This document shows, piece after piece, positions 38,620 to 49,915 of a DNA stretch of 64,000 nucleotides (positions within the stretch are counted from its first letter, which is position 1; every line of letters starts with the position of its first letter). This DNA is from Macrostomum lignano. Lineage: Eukaryota. Under the pieces are notes generated by a model that did not search any database, was not told the origin of the DNA, and saw nothing but the letters and a program-made list of their open reading frames with translations. Where the stretch lies: positions 124,001 to 188,000 of the forward strand of contig NIVC01000176.1 in assembly GCA_002269645.1 (NCBI GenBank), in the 5' to 3' direction. Both the position numbers and the translations under genes were made by a program.

Positions 38620-40703
38620 ATGCTAACCTGCAAGCTACTCATAGTAGTAGCAGCTTGCAGCATCGCAGTCGCCGAAGAACCGAAATTGAAAAAGCGGCCG
38701 GAACTGCCGGGCGTTCACGTGATTCCTCGGACAGACCGGCCGGGCAATCCGGACGTGTCCGTGCAGACGGACAGGCTGGAGACAACCTACCTGGGCGCTA
38801 TGGACCCGCTGCAGTCGGTTGTCATGGCAATGAAATCGTTCAATGGCCGAATCGAGCTGGATAAAGACGGCAGCCAGTGCTTCTACGCAGTGCTGCTGGC
38901 CGGCCACTTTTACATTCAGGATGTTCAGGTGAGCCCGACTGCCCACTTTTTGGTCTGCCAGTGATTTGCTCTGTCCAGCCTCTACACCACATCTTCATCA
39001 CTATTTTTAAACTTATTCTGGCCAAGACTGTCACTATCTCAACCACCTGATCACTTTCAATGCTTCTCTCCAAAGTGATCACTCTCCGCACTCTCACCTG
39101 ATCACTCTCCTACTCTCCTCTGATCACTCTCCCACTTTTCCCTGATCACTCTCCCACTTTACCTGATCACTCTCCCACTTTTCCCTGATCACTCTCCCAC
39201 TCTCCTCTGATCACACTCCCACTTCCCCTGATCACTCTCTCTCGCTCTAATCGGATCACTCTCTCGCTCACCTGATCACTCTCCCTCACTCTCACTTGAT
39301 CACTCTCCCTCACTCTCACCTGATCACTCTCCCTCACTCTCACCTGATCAATCTCCCTCTCTCTCACCTGATCACTCTCCCTCTCTCACCTGATCACTCT
39401 CCCTCTCTCTCACCTGATCACTCTCCCTCTCTCACCTGATCACTCTCCCTCACTCTCACCTGATCAATCTCCCTCACTCTCACCTGATCACTCTCCCTCA
39501 CTCTCACCTGATCAATATCCCTCACTCTCACCTGATCACTCTCCCTCACTCTCACCTGATCACTCTCCCTCACTCTCACCTGATCAATATCCCTCACTCT
39601 CACCTGATCACTCCCCACTCCCCACACTCACAAAACAGACGGTGCAATTCTATCAGGACGACAAATTTGACGTCATAGTTGGCGACGGACAGAACAATCT
39701 GGTGGTCTCCGAGTTCCAAGTGAGCCAATTCCGACACCAACTGATTGTCAACGACACCAGTAAGGATGCCATTAACTTTCTACGTAATTGTAATAATCAT
39801 AATTACAGCACCCTATAGTTAGATTGAATATTATTAAATTTCATCCCAGACACATTCGAGACCTGCATCATAAACCGGGGCCAGCGCAAGATGCTGGCCT
39901 ACAGTTCCTACCGCTTTATTCCTCCCGAGATGGTCAGCGGCGAGCAGCACTTTGAGAAGTTGCACAACTTTTCCAACTATGCCACGGTGAGTCAGGGTTG
40001 GAGGCAAGGAATTTCATGTACATGTACTCTGTTCTGTGTCATGTAAATCATGCAATATCAGCAGCCGTAGCAGTTGAGTTAGAGCCAGGATCTCTCGGCC
40101 ATTTTATTTGAAAGGGCGCCAGTTTATTTTGTGAGGCGCCAGTTTACTTGAGAGGCGCCAGTGTATTTGAGAGGCGCCAGTGTATTTGAGAGGCACCAGA
40201 GGCGCCAGCACCAGAGGCGCCAGCACCAGAGGCGCCAGCACCAGAGGCGCCAGCACCAGAGGCGCCAGCACCAGAGGCGCCAGCACCAGAGGCGCCAGCA
40301 CCAGAGGCGCCAGCACCAGAGGCGCCAGCACCAGAGGCGCCAGCACCAGAGGCGCCAGCACCAGAGGCGCCAGCACCAGAGGCGCCAGCACCAAAGTCAC
40401 TCACAGCAGAATGAGAGACACCATTGGACAGAGATAATTGCCAGCTACACAGGTATTTCCACATTACCGCCCCAACAGGCCTCCGTAGGCGAGCTGGAGT
40501 GGCGGGTCACCAAAGTGCTGTCTTACGTGCGAGCCCACTCGGAGATTTACAAGGACACCTCAGCCCTGGAGACCACAAACTGGTCAATCCAGTGGAGGGT
40601 CTGGACAGCCCTGTGCCTGCAGCTGCTCTCAGTGGGAGTCACTACTCACTTCATTCGCCGATTGTTTAACGAGCCGAGGGGCCGATTCGCCCAGGTCACG
40701 TGA
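38620..40703 (+). CDS. Diverged p24/TMED GOLD-domain membrane protein, paralog 2; exons 38620-38928, 39639-39759, 39850-39986 and 40479-40703
   Basis: Signal peptide [18 protein letters not shown]; [15 protein letters not shown]...FDVIVGDG...TFETCIIN; [27 protein letters not shown]. Intron positions and phases match paralog 1 (both exon 2s begin ACGGTG). Confidence 0.75.
39040..39620. repeat. About 24-bp minisatellite (CTCTCACCTGATCACTCTCCCTCA) in p24 paralog 2 intron 1
   Basis: More than 20 units around a TGATCA core. Confidence 0.9.
40135..40392. repeat. 15-bp minisatellite (GGCGCCAGCACCAGA) in p24 paralog 2 intron 3
   Basis: About 13 perfect units preceded by degenerate ones. Confidence 0.95.
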
Positions 40704-41183
40704 TCTGACAAGTCAAATCTGACAATTGCATAATGGCATCCCTCATCTGAATTATAATTTCAGCTGCTATTATTGCCGATCATTAAAAGTAAAGAAGTCA
40801 TATCGTAAGGTAACACGGTGAATATGCACTGTTTTAAGCCAATAAATATGATAAAAATTGGAAAATTTAGATTTTACCTTTCTAATTATATTAATTTAAA
40901 GTATTAATGCACAGATGCCATGGCTGATTGAGAGCTAATTCGCTCGTGTTAGCACCAGAGCAGCATATACAAAATAGGGAAAATGCAAGCCAAAGAATTG
41001 AATTAAAATCAACGCTTTCCAAACTCAACTACTGATAGTAGGTGAGATAAGAATTTTAGCGCAAAGATTAGAAAGAAAAGTAAAAATAAATTTTCTAAAT
41101 AAAAAATGCGTACTGAGCTACTGACAGTAGACAAGTAGCGAGTTTCGCTATCGGATAAATGAAAGAAAGTCTTGGCTGGGGGA

Positions 41184-44100
41184 TTATTTCCGCTTCTCTT
41201 TGTGCTCTTTCGCAAGCATCCTCAGCGGGCGGTGCCGCCGTTTGCCAAACTTCATGCACTGCGTCGGCGCCGGCTCCGGGGTTGGCGGCATTTCTATTGC
41301 AAAAAAATTCGGCGCCTGAACTGGCGGCCGCTGATTGTCGCGATGCCGGCCGCACTGGCGCAGGCGCTGACGGCGAGACTCCGGCGACAGGTCGGCGAAC
41401 CAGGCCTCGCAGTCTGGGCAGCAGTGCGCGTCCAACGCCATTCGATCGTCGCGACGCCGAACAACGCAGGCCTCTCGATAGCTGGGCTTTGGCGGCTCCG
41501 GCAGTTTGTTATAATCGGCCAGGGTGTACTTTCGATGCTGAGCAGGCGGAGGCGGAGGCGGCGTCGGGGTGGTGCCGTGCAGCAGATGGTCGCTGCGATT
41601 GAACACCGGGGACTCTTCAGTCTCCCTAGCATTGTCTTCTTCCTTTGCTGCCGCTGCCGAAGGAGCGGGCCGGGCAATTTTTAAAGTCTCGCTGCCTTCG
41701 TCGTCCACCGAATTGTCAGGCTCCAGGGCGACAGCGGCTGCGGCTGGTTCTGGCCGCGTCTATATGGGGCGGTGGTAGGGCGGGACCGATGATAGTCGTA
41801 AACAGGTGGGATTGTGTATTCTCATTATTTTTATTTTACACGTACTACTATACATATCGGCTGCTATTACATGCACTATGATACATATCGGCTGCTATTA
41901 CATGTACTACGATGCATATCGGCTACTATTACATGCACTACGATACATATCGGCTGCTATTACATGTACTACGATACATATCGGCTGCTATTACATGCAC
42001 TACGATACATATCGGCTGCTATTACATTTACTACGATACATATCGGCTACTATTACATGCACTACGATACATATCGGCTGCTATTACATGTACTACGATA
42101 CATATCGGCTGCTATTACATGCACTACGATACATATCGGCTGCTATTACATGTACTACGATACATATCGGCTGCTATTACATGCACTACGATACATATCG
42201 GCTGCTATTACATTTACTACGATACATATCGGCTGCTATTACATACTACGATACATATCGGTTGCTAATGCAGCTAACAGGCTCGCTGACCTCTTCAAGC
42301 AGGCAGACGCTCACACAGGGTGTACAGCGGACCTAGACTTTCTAATAGTCAGGCATGTACAGCAAGGCATTGGCCAGTTTTACTGTGTGAACACTCCCTC
42401 AGTATAGGGAATCGAACCGGCGTACTTTTTCAAGAGACCTACAACATATACCACTAGCTACTGAAAGTTAAGCAGGATTTGGCACGGTTAGTACGGGTTG
42501 CTAGCTAAACAAAAGTCGACTTACAGTCAAAAAATTATCCTCCAGGCCCAAGGGCTTGTGCAGTGGTATAACTGTCTCTTCTCCTTCTTCAGTATCGCAT
42601 TGCGGCTGTTCAGAGCTGACCGGAGCGGCTGTTGAAGCGGCAGCTGGAGCTCCGAGGCCGGCGGCTCGCAACAGGGAGACGCTCTCGTTTGTACTGAACT
42701 GACTGTCCGGCAGGAGCCAGTTGTCTGCTGGCACTGCAGCCGGCTTCTTTACTATACTACTGCTGCAGCTAGTTGTAGTATTAGTAGTATTTTTAGTGCT
42801 AGTAACACCTGCAGCTGTTGAATTTGCGCCAATAGTTGACAGATTAATTTTGCGCTTAGCGTCAGTCTGCAGTAGGGTGGTCTGACGGTAGCGCTTGGAG
42901 CTCAGGTTGCTGGTATCCGATGGGTTATTGTGCTGATGCGGCTGCTGCTGATGCGGCTGCTGCTGATGCGGCGCTCGTGATCCGGTTAGGTGCCTGGATA
43001 CAGAATTTAGGTGTCAGTATTGTCCTCTGCTGTCTTATGGACTCGCAACCTCACCTGTCTATGGCCTCACACCCTCTTCTATACATGGCCTCACACCCTC
43101 TTCTATACATGGGCTCACACCCTCTTCTATACATGGGCTCACACCCTCTTCTGTATATGGGCTCACACCCTCTTCTGTATATGGGCTCACACCCTCTTCT
43201 ATACATGGGCTCACACCCTCTTCTGTATATGGGCTCACACCCTCTTCTATACATGGCCTCACACCCTCTTCTATACATGGGCTCACACCCTCTTCTATAC
43301 ATGGGCTCACACCCTCTTCTGTATATGGGCTCACACCCTCTTCTGTATATGGGCTCACACCCTCTTCTGTATATGGGCTCACACCCTCTTCTGTATATGG
43401 GCTCACACCCTCTTCTGTATATGGGCTCACACCCTCTTCTGTATATGGGCTCACACCCTCTTCTATACATGGGCTCTCACCCTCTTCTATATATGGGCTC
43501 ACACCCTCTTCTATATATGGGCTCACACCCTCTTCTGTATATGGGTTCACACCCTCTTCTGTATATGGGCTCACACCCTCTTCTGTATATGGGCTCACAC
43601 CCTCTTCTGTATATGGGCTCACACCCTCTTCTGTATATGGGCTCACACCCTCTTCTGTCTATGGCCTCACGCCCCACTATGTCTATAGCCTCACACCCCA
43701 CTGTCTATGGCCTCACGCCACACTATGCCTATGGCCTCACACCCTCTTGTCTATGGCCTCACACCCTCTTCTGTCAATAGCCTCACGCCCCACTATATTT
43801 ATGGCCTCACGCCCCACTATGTCTATGGCCTCACGCCCCACTATGTCTATGGCCTCACGCCCCACTATGTCTATGGCCTCACACCCTCTTCTGTATATGG
43901 GCTCACACCCTTTTCTGTATATGGGCTCACGCCTCACTATGTCTATGGCCTCACACCCTCTTCTGTCTATGGCCTAACACCCTCCTATAGCCTCACACCC
44001 TCTCCTGTCTATGGTCGAACACCCTCTCCCGTTTGCAGGCTCAAAAATACACCATCTCAGACAAGACCAAATGAAAGCTACTAAATGCGCCACTTACTTG

Positions 44101-44488
44101 TTGGGAGACTGCTGCTGCTGGTCCAGAACCAGAGTCAGCTTTCTCTTATTGCTATTCGATGCCGTCTTTTTGGGTGAATCAGACAGTCTCTGCTTGGCGG
44201 GGGACACCTTGGCGGACGGGGGTAGTACTTCGCTGGACCATTTTTTTGTTGCTAACAATGATGGCGGAGGCGGAGGCTGCGGCACATTGGCGCCAGACTG
44301 GCTCTCCAACGCGAATTTTAAGCGCCGATTTTCAGCTGTCAAACTGTCAATCTGCTGGGCAAGGTCCGTCAAGTCTTGGCTTAACAAGTTGACTGTCTGA
44401 TTGCACAGGCTGACCACGCCAGCTTGTAGTTCCCGGATGCGTCTGGACAGCAGGTCCGAGACAGCGGCTGCCGCTCCCACTGAAGCTC
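41184..44488 (-). CDS. RBBP8: CtIP/Sae2/COM-1 DNA end-resection factor; exons 44488-44098, 42993-42525 and 41759-41184 (true 5' exon not located)
   Basis: The C-terminal domain YREACVVRRRDDRMALDAHCCPDCEAWFADL...RQCGRHRDNQRPPVQAPNFF carries the CxxC and RHR hallmarks. N-terminal coiled coil LTDLAQQIDSLTAENRRLK. GT-AG junctions of phase 2 and 0 keep the frame. Confidence 0.82.
41845..42262. repeat. 31-bp minisatellite (TACATGCACTACGATACATATCGGCTGCTAT) in a CtIP intron
   Basis: About 13 units. Confidence 0.93.
43055..44010. repeat. 24-bp minisatellite (ATATGGGCTCACACCCTCTTCTGT) in a CtIP intron
   Basis: About 40 units; produces spurious MGSHPLLY repeat ORFs. Confidence 0.95.
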
Positions 44489-44544
44489 CTGATGATGAGA
44501 ACTGGAATGTTCCGAATTTTTTTTAAAACTGAGTCACTTGAGAC

Positions 44545-45055
44545 ACTCATAAGCTATGCTGGGTCACACTTGAGACACTTATGCTATGCTGGGTCACGCC
44601 TGACACCCATATGTTACGCTGAGTCACACCTGAGACACCTATATGCTATGCTGGGTCACACCTGAGACACCCATATGCTATGCTGAGTCACACCTGAGAC
44701 ACCTATATGCTATGCTGAGTCACACCTGAGACACCTATATACTATGCTGAGTCACACCTGAGACACCCATATGCTATGCAGGGTCACACCTGAGACACCC
44801 ATATGCTATGCAGGGTCACACCTGAGACACCCATATGCTATGCTGAGTCACACCTGAGACACCCATATGCTATGCTGAGTCACACCTGAGACACCCATAT
44901 GCTATGCAGGGTCACACCTGAGACACCCATATGCTATGCAGGGTCACACCTGAGACACCCATATGCTATGCAGGGTCACACCTGAGACACCCATATGCTA
45001 TGCAGGGTCACACCTGAGACACCCATATGCTATGCAGGGTCACACCTGAGACATC
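44545..45055. repeat. 32-bp minisatellite (TGAGACACCCATATGCTATGCAGGGTCACACC)
   Basis: About 16 units immediately upstream of the first located CtIP exon. Confidence 0.93.
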
Positions 45056-45624
45056 CAATAAAATTGAAGACAGAAAGTCAAAGAATGTAATTTCTAAATA
45101 GAGAAAAGTCTTTCTAATATAGCGAATATTTACCTGACTATATATATAGAATTTGTATATCGAATAAAAATACGGCTGCTAGCCAATACAATATGATTTA
45201 ACAGAATATGATTCATAAAATACGCTCGCAACTATGAAACAATTTCGATGACATAATAGGCTTATTGTTAGACTGGCAAGCTGGAAAAATAGTACTTAAA
45301 AATATACAAGAAAAAATGAAATCAGCAGGCAAGCCTACCACCTGAATCAATTGGCTAATGAATCAAAAATGATGTAAAAAACAGTAACAATAATCCTCAT
45401 TTAGGCTACCTGAATAAACAAATCGATAATGAAGACTCAAGAGACAGATTTAATAAAAAATCAATTATGGGCAATATTTGACCTACTATTAGTAGCCAGT
45501 ATTGCGCGCGGAAAAAGATTTTAGAAAAAAATGGTTTCGAATCACAAAGTTTAGATAAAATTCAAAACTCAAAAAAATCATTAAAAAACTAATCAGGCAT
45601 TTTCAATGCGGATAAAACAGCTTA

Positions 45625-45928
45625 CTACTTTCAGTTCAGTAGCAAAGAAGAATACATAAGCTATTTTATAAAAATAAAGGCAGCTGAAATGACTTTGATA
45701 AGTTTAGAAGCCCAAGCTTGCAGGCGTAAACAGCTTGCTAATTGGTTCAGCCATAATGTACATTGGCCAGTCCACTGAAATGTACATGGCAGCTTTAGGC
45801 TGGAACAACCGTGGAAGGCAATAAAAATTGGGTGGTGGGGCTGGGGTGAGAGCCAATAAAATGAGCCTCGTCTTTAAAAAAAATACATTAAAATGCTTCA
45901 GTTTAAATTACTACTGAACTGAAAGTAG
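45625..45928. mobile_element. MITE, 304 bp, with perfect 18-bp TIRs
   Basis: CTACTTTCAGTTCAGTAG (45625-45642) and its reverse complement (45911-45928), with CTTA directly on both sides. Confidence 0.7.
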
Positions 45929-46029
45929 CTTACACGCAAATGTGCTGAGTGGCCCATCTAGTTATTCTTGTATCCATGCTGCAGACAGGCAATTATTAAA
46001 TTTTTATCGCACTAAATTGAAACTTGAAT

Positions 46030-49000
46030 TCATTTGTGCCGTTGGTACAAATCGTGATGCTGTTTCAGAGCCTCAACCACGGACGGATCAGCCAAGGTGC
46101 TGATATCCCCGATGCTGTCGTAGTCTTCAGCAGCGATCCGTTTCAATATGCGGCGCATAATTTTGCCGCTCCGTGTTTTCGGCAGACCGTCGGTGAACAG
46201 CAGCTTCTCAGGCACGGCGTAGGCCGCGATGCGGTCCCGGACTCGACGCTTCAGCTCGCGTCGAAGGTCGCCCAGACGGTCGATTGAGACGCCGTCCTTC
46301 AGGATGACGAAGGCGTACACAGCCTCGCCTTTGAGCTTGTGGGGGTAGCCGATCACGGCGGTCTCACTCACGGCCGGGTGGCTGTCCAGGGCGTCCTCGA
46401 TCTCAGCCGTGCCCAGCCGGTGGCCCGTCACGTTGATGACGTCATCGACCCGGCCGGTGATGTGCAGGAAGCCCTGCGCGTCACGGCTGGCGCCGTCACC
46501 GGTGAAGTACAGGCCAGGGAATTGACTGTAGTAGGTCTCGGCGAATCGCCTGCGGCAGGTGCGGGGAGCTGGCAGTTTAGGAATAGACTGGCGCTATGAC
46601 ACTGGGATATTTGGGGATTTAGGGAAGAATTTCATACAGGCATATTTGGGGATTGAGGGAAGAATTTTATACAGGCATATTTGGGGATTGAGGGAAGAAT
46701 TTCATACAGGCATATTTGGGGATTCGGGGAAGAATCTGACACTGGGATATTTGTGGGTTTAGGAAATAGTCTGATACTGGGATATTTGAGGATTTAGGCA
46801 ATAGTCTGACACTGGGATATTTGGGGACTTGGAGAATAGTCTAAAAATGGGATATTTGGGGATTTAGGGAGTAGTCTGACACTGCAGGGATATTTGGGGA
46901 TTTAGGGAAGAATCTGATACTGGGATATTTGAGGATTCAGGATTCTGATCAGGATTTAGGGAAGAATCTGAAAGATATCCCAAAGTACAAGCTAAACTCT
47001 CACTTATGATCACCCCAGATGGAGCGGGCCATGCCGGGCCAAGGCCGTCGCATGCACAGATGGCCTTCGGCTGGTGACTCGGCCACCTCGGCGCCTGTGG
47101 CGGGGTCCATGAGCACGGGCTCCAGGCCATAGAACGGGCGCATTGGCATAGCTGGGAGGATCGGCGCGCCTTCAGCCGAGGGCCGCGGGGCGATGCACAC
47201 GCCGCCAGTCTCGGTCTGCCACCAGGTGTCGGCGATGTCGCGCTGGCCGCCGCCAACCCACCTGTGATACCATTCCCAGGCCTCGTGGTTGAGCGGCTCG
47301 CCGACACAGCCGAGAACGCGTAGGCGACTCAGATCGTACCTGGTTTGAATTGTCCGTATGTGAAGCATAACTTCACTAGCTAACAGGTTTTTCCCTTGCT
47401 AATAAAGGGATTTCTAAAGATCTATTGACTGACAATTTGAATTTGACTATCAAAATTTAAGGGTAAACAGCACGAGTAACTATTACTGTTTGTTGACACT
47501 AATATGCCTCGTCGTCTAATAATAAAAAATGAATCAAATTACTTGTCAATCACGTCGCTAACTAAGAGGCAGCTACTGCTTCACTGCTGTTAGAATTGGT
47601 TTTTTTCGGTCACACCTGAGACACTAATTGTGTGTGATGTCACACCCGAGACAATCCAGCGTGAACGAACAATAAAATAAAAATTTACCGAAGAATTGTT
47701 TCAAGTAAACGGCGGGAGTAACTATGACTTTGTCTATCTACAAAATGCCCCGCCATCTAATTAGTCTAGTCGAGCGGTGAATATTTAGTTACTGTATTAA
47801 GACACGGCAGTCAGCCATCAAATATCCTCTTACTTGGTAACAAAATCAGTGCTATATCTCAGCAGCATTCGCAATGACGTAGGCGACAAATAAATATGCG
47901 TCAGGCCCAGCCGTTCGGCAGTCTCCCAGTAGCGACCAACATCCGGATAGGCCGGCGTGCTCTCAAACAGCAGAGTTGTGCCGCCGTTAACCAAGGGCCC
48001 GTACACCACATAGCTGTGCCCGGTGATCCAGCCGACGTCGGCGACGCAGCCGAAGATGTCCTGGCCGGGCCGATAGTCAAACACGTGCCGATGCGTCAGG
48101 CTGGTGTACACCAGATAGCCTGCGGTGCTGTGCACCAGGCCTTTGGGCTTGCCAGTTGAACCGGATGTGTACAGCACGAATAGCGGCTGCTCGCTGTCCA
48201 TTGGCTCTGCGGCACAGTCGGCTGAGCAGGCGGCCGCGTTCTGAAGGGGGGGTCAGCAAAAAATGGGGGTCACTTTAATTCTAGAGGGGGGTCAGTAATT
48301 ACTGGGGGTCACATTCTAGAGGGGGGTCAGTAATTACTGGGGGTCACATTCTAGAGGGAGGTCAGTAATTACTGGGGGTCACATTCTAGAGGGGGGTCAG
48401 TAATTACTGGGGTCACATTCTAGAGGGGGTCAGTAATTACTGGGGGTCACATTCTAGAGGGGGGTCAGTAATTACTGGGGGTCACATTCTAGAGGGGGGT
48501 CAGTATTTACTGGGGGGCACATTCTAGAGGGGTCAGTAATTCAGGGGAAGTCACATTCTAGGGGGTCACATTCTAGAGTAGGACAGTAAGGGGGTCATAC
48601 TCTAGAGGGGGTCAGTAATTCAGGGGGTCACACTCTAGAGGGGGTAGGAAAAAAGTCGGGGTCACTTTCCAGGGGTCAGTAATTAAGGGGGGCACATTCT
48701 AGAGGGGTTCAGTAATTAAGGGGGTCACATTCTAGAGGGGGTCAGTAATTAATGAGGGTCACATTCTAGACGGTGGCCAGTAATTAAGGGGGTCACATTC
48801 TAGACGGTGGCCAGTAATTAAGGGGGGTCACATTCTAGAGGGGGGCCAGTAATTAAGGGGGTCACATCCTAGAGGGGGTCAGTAATTAAGGGGGGTCACA
48901 TTCTAGGGACAGATAATTAAGAATAAAGGAGATAATTTCCGGGACACTGACCCTTCGAATAATCATAGGGGGCGGGGTCCAAGCAATTATAATACTACAA

Positions 49001-49611
49001 ATTACCTTCTCTAATGGCACGTCAATGCTGAACATAGGTACGCTGGCGCCAGTCCTGGTGCTTACAAACACGCGTTCTACCATTGGACAAGACTTGACAG
49101 CTGCATCAACTGTGCGTTTCAATTCCACAGTCTTGCCGCCTCTGATAGCTTGGTCTGTTGTTATGACAACCTTGGCGCCCACTGTTGAGAGATTGATGGA
49201 TACAAATTAGCTTTCGTGATTGGTTGGTTGTTTAACAGTATAAGCATATTTTTATATAGAGCCACACAATGCTTGTAACTTCGTTCTTTCCGTGTGCTCC
49301 AATGCTACAAGGGGTTGTAAGCCTAGTGGTTAGAGTGTAGGACTCACGACTGAAAGGTCGGGGGTTCGATTTCTCGACCCACTCGGATCAAAATTTGTTT
49401 CCTTGAGCAAGACAATTAACGCTGCATTGCCTCAGTTTATTCAGCTGTAAAATGGGTGCCAGCATTAGCTGGGGTAATTGAGGATGTGTGTGGCGACCCC
49501 CCCTCTCAGTCCCTGGACTAAACAGCCGTACGCAGCCTTCAGATGCGCCGCGCAATAGCTGCGGCTGAGCTGTTTAGTCGGTTGCACAACTGGCCCAATT
49601 GGGGCCAGGTC

Positions 49612-49663
<52 letters not shown>

Positions 49664-49664
49664 C

Positions 49665-49729
<65 letters not shown>

Positions 49730-49736
49730 CAGCAGC

Positions 49737-49774
<38 letters not shown>

Positions 49775-49775
49775 C

Positions 49776-49810
<35 letters not shown>

Positions 49811-49882
49811 CAGTAGTAATAGTAGTAGTAGTAGTAGTAGTAGCAGCAGTAGTAGTAGTAGTAGCAGTAGTATTAGTAGTAT

Positions 49883-49915
<33 letters not shown>

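Noticed and set aside
42270-42345. Extra CtIP mini-exon (VRCTPCVSVCLLEE)
   Set aside because: It overlaps the dispersed motif also found at 57922, and the flanking exons already join in phase 0 without it.
42920-44084. ORFs with MGSHPLLY / EEGVSPY repeats
   Set aside because: They lie inside a 24-bp array within a CtIP intron.
47461-47765. Functional 28S rRNA gene or canonical C/D or H/ACA snoRNA
   Set aside because: Only about 60-100 nt of similarity with the invariant core altered; no clear C box or H/ACA geometry. Kept as a finding, not annotated as an RNA gene.
24563-48905. Tandem arrays as possible CRISPR-like repeat-spacer systems
   Set aside because: Units are contiguous with no unique spacers, there are no cas genes, and the context is eukaryotic.
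49311-49380. tRNA gene (also 35770-35840)
   Set aside because: The A/B boxes continue into a shared SINE body of about 220 bp and no complete cloverleaf is evident; these are SINE heads.
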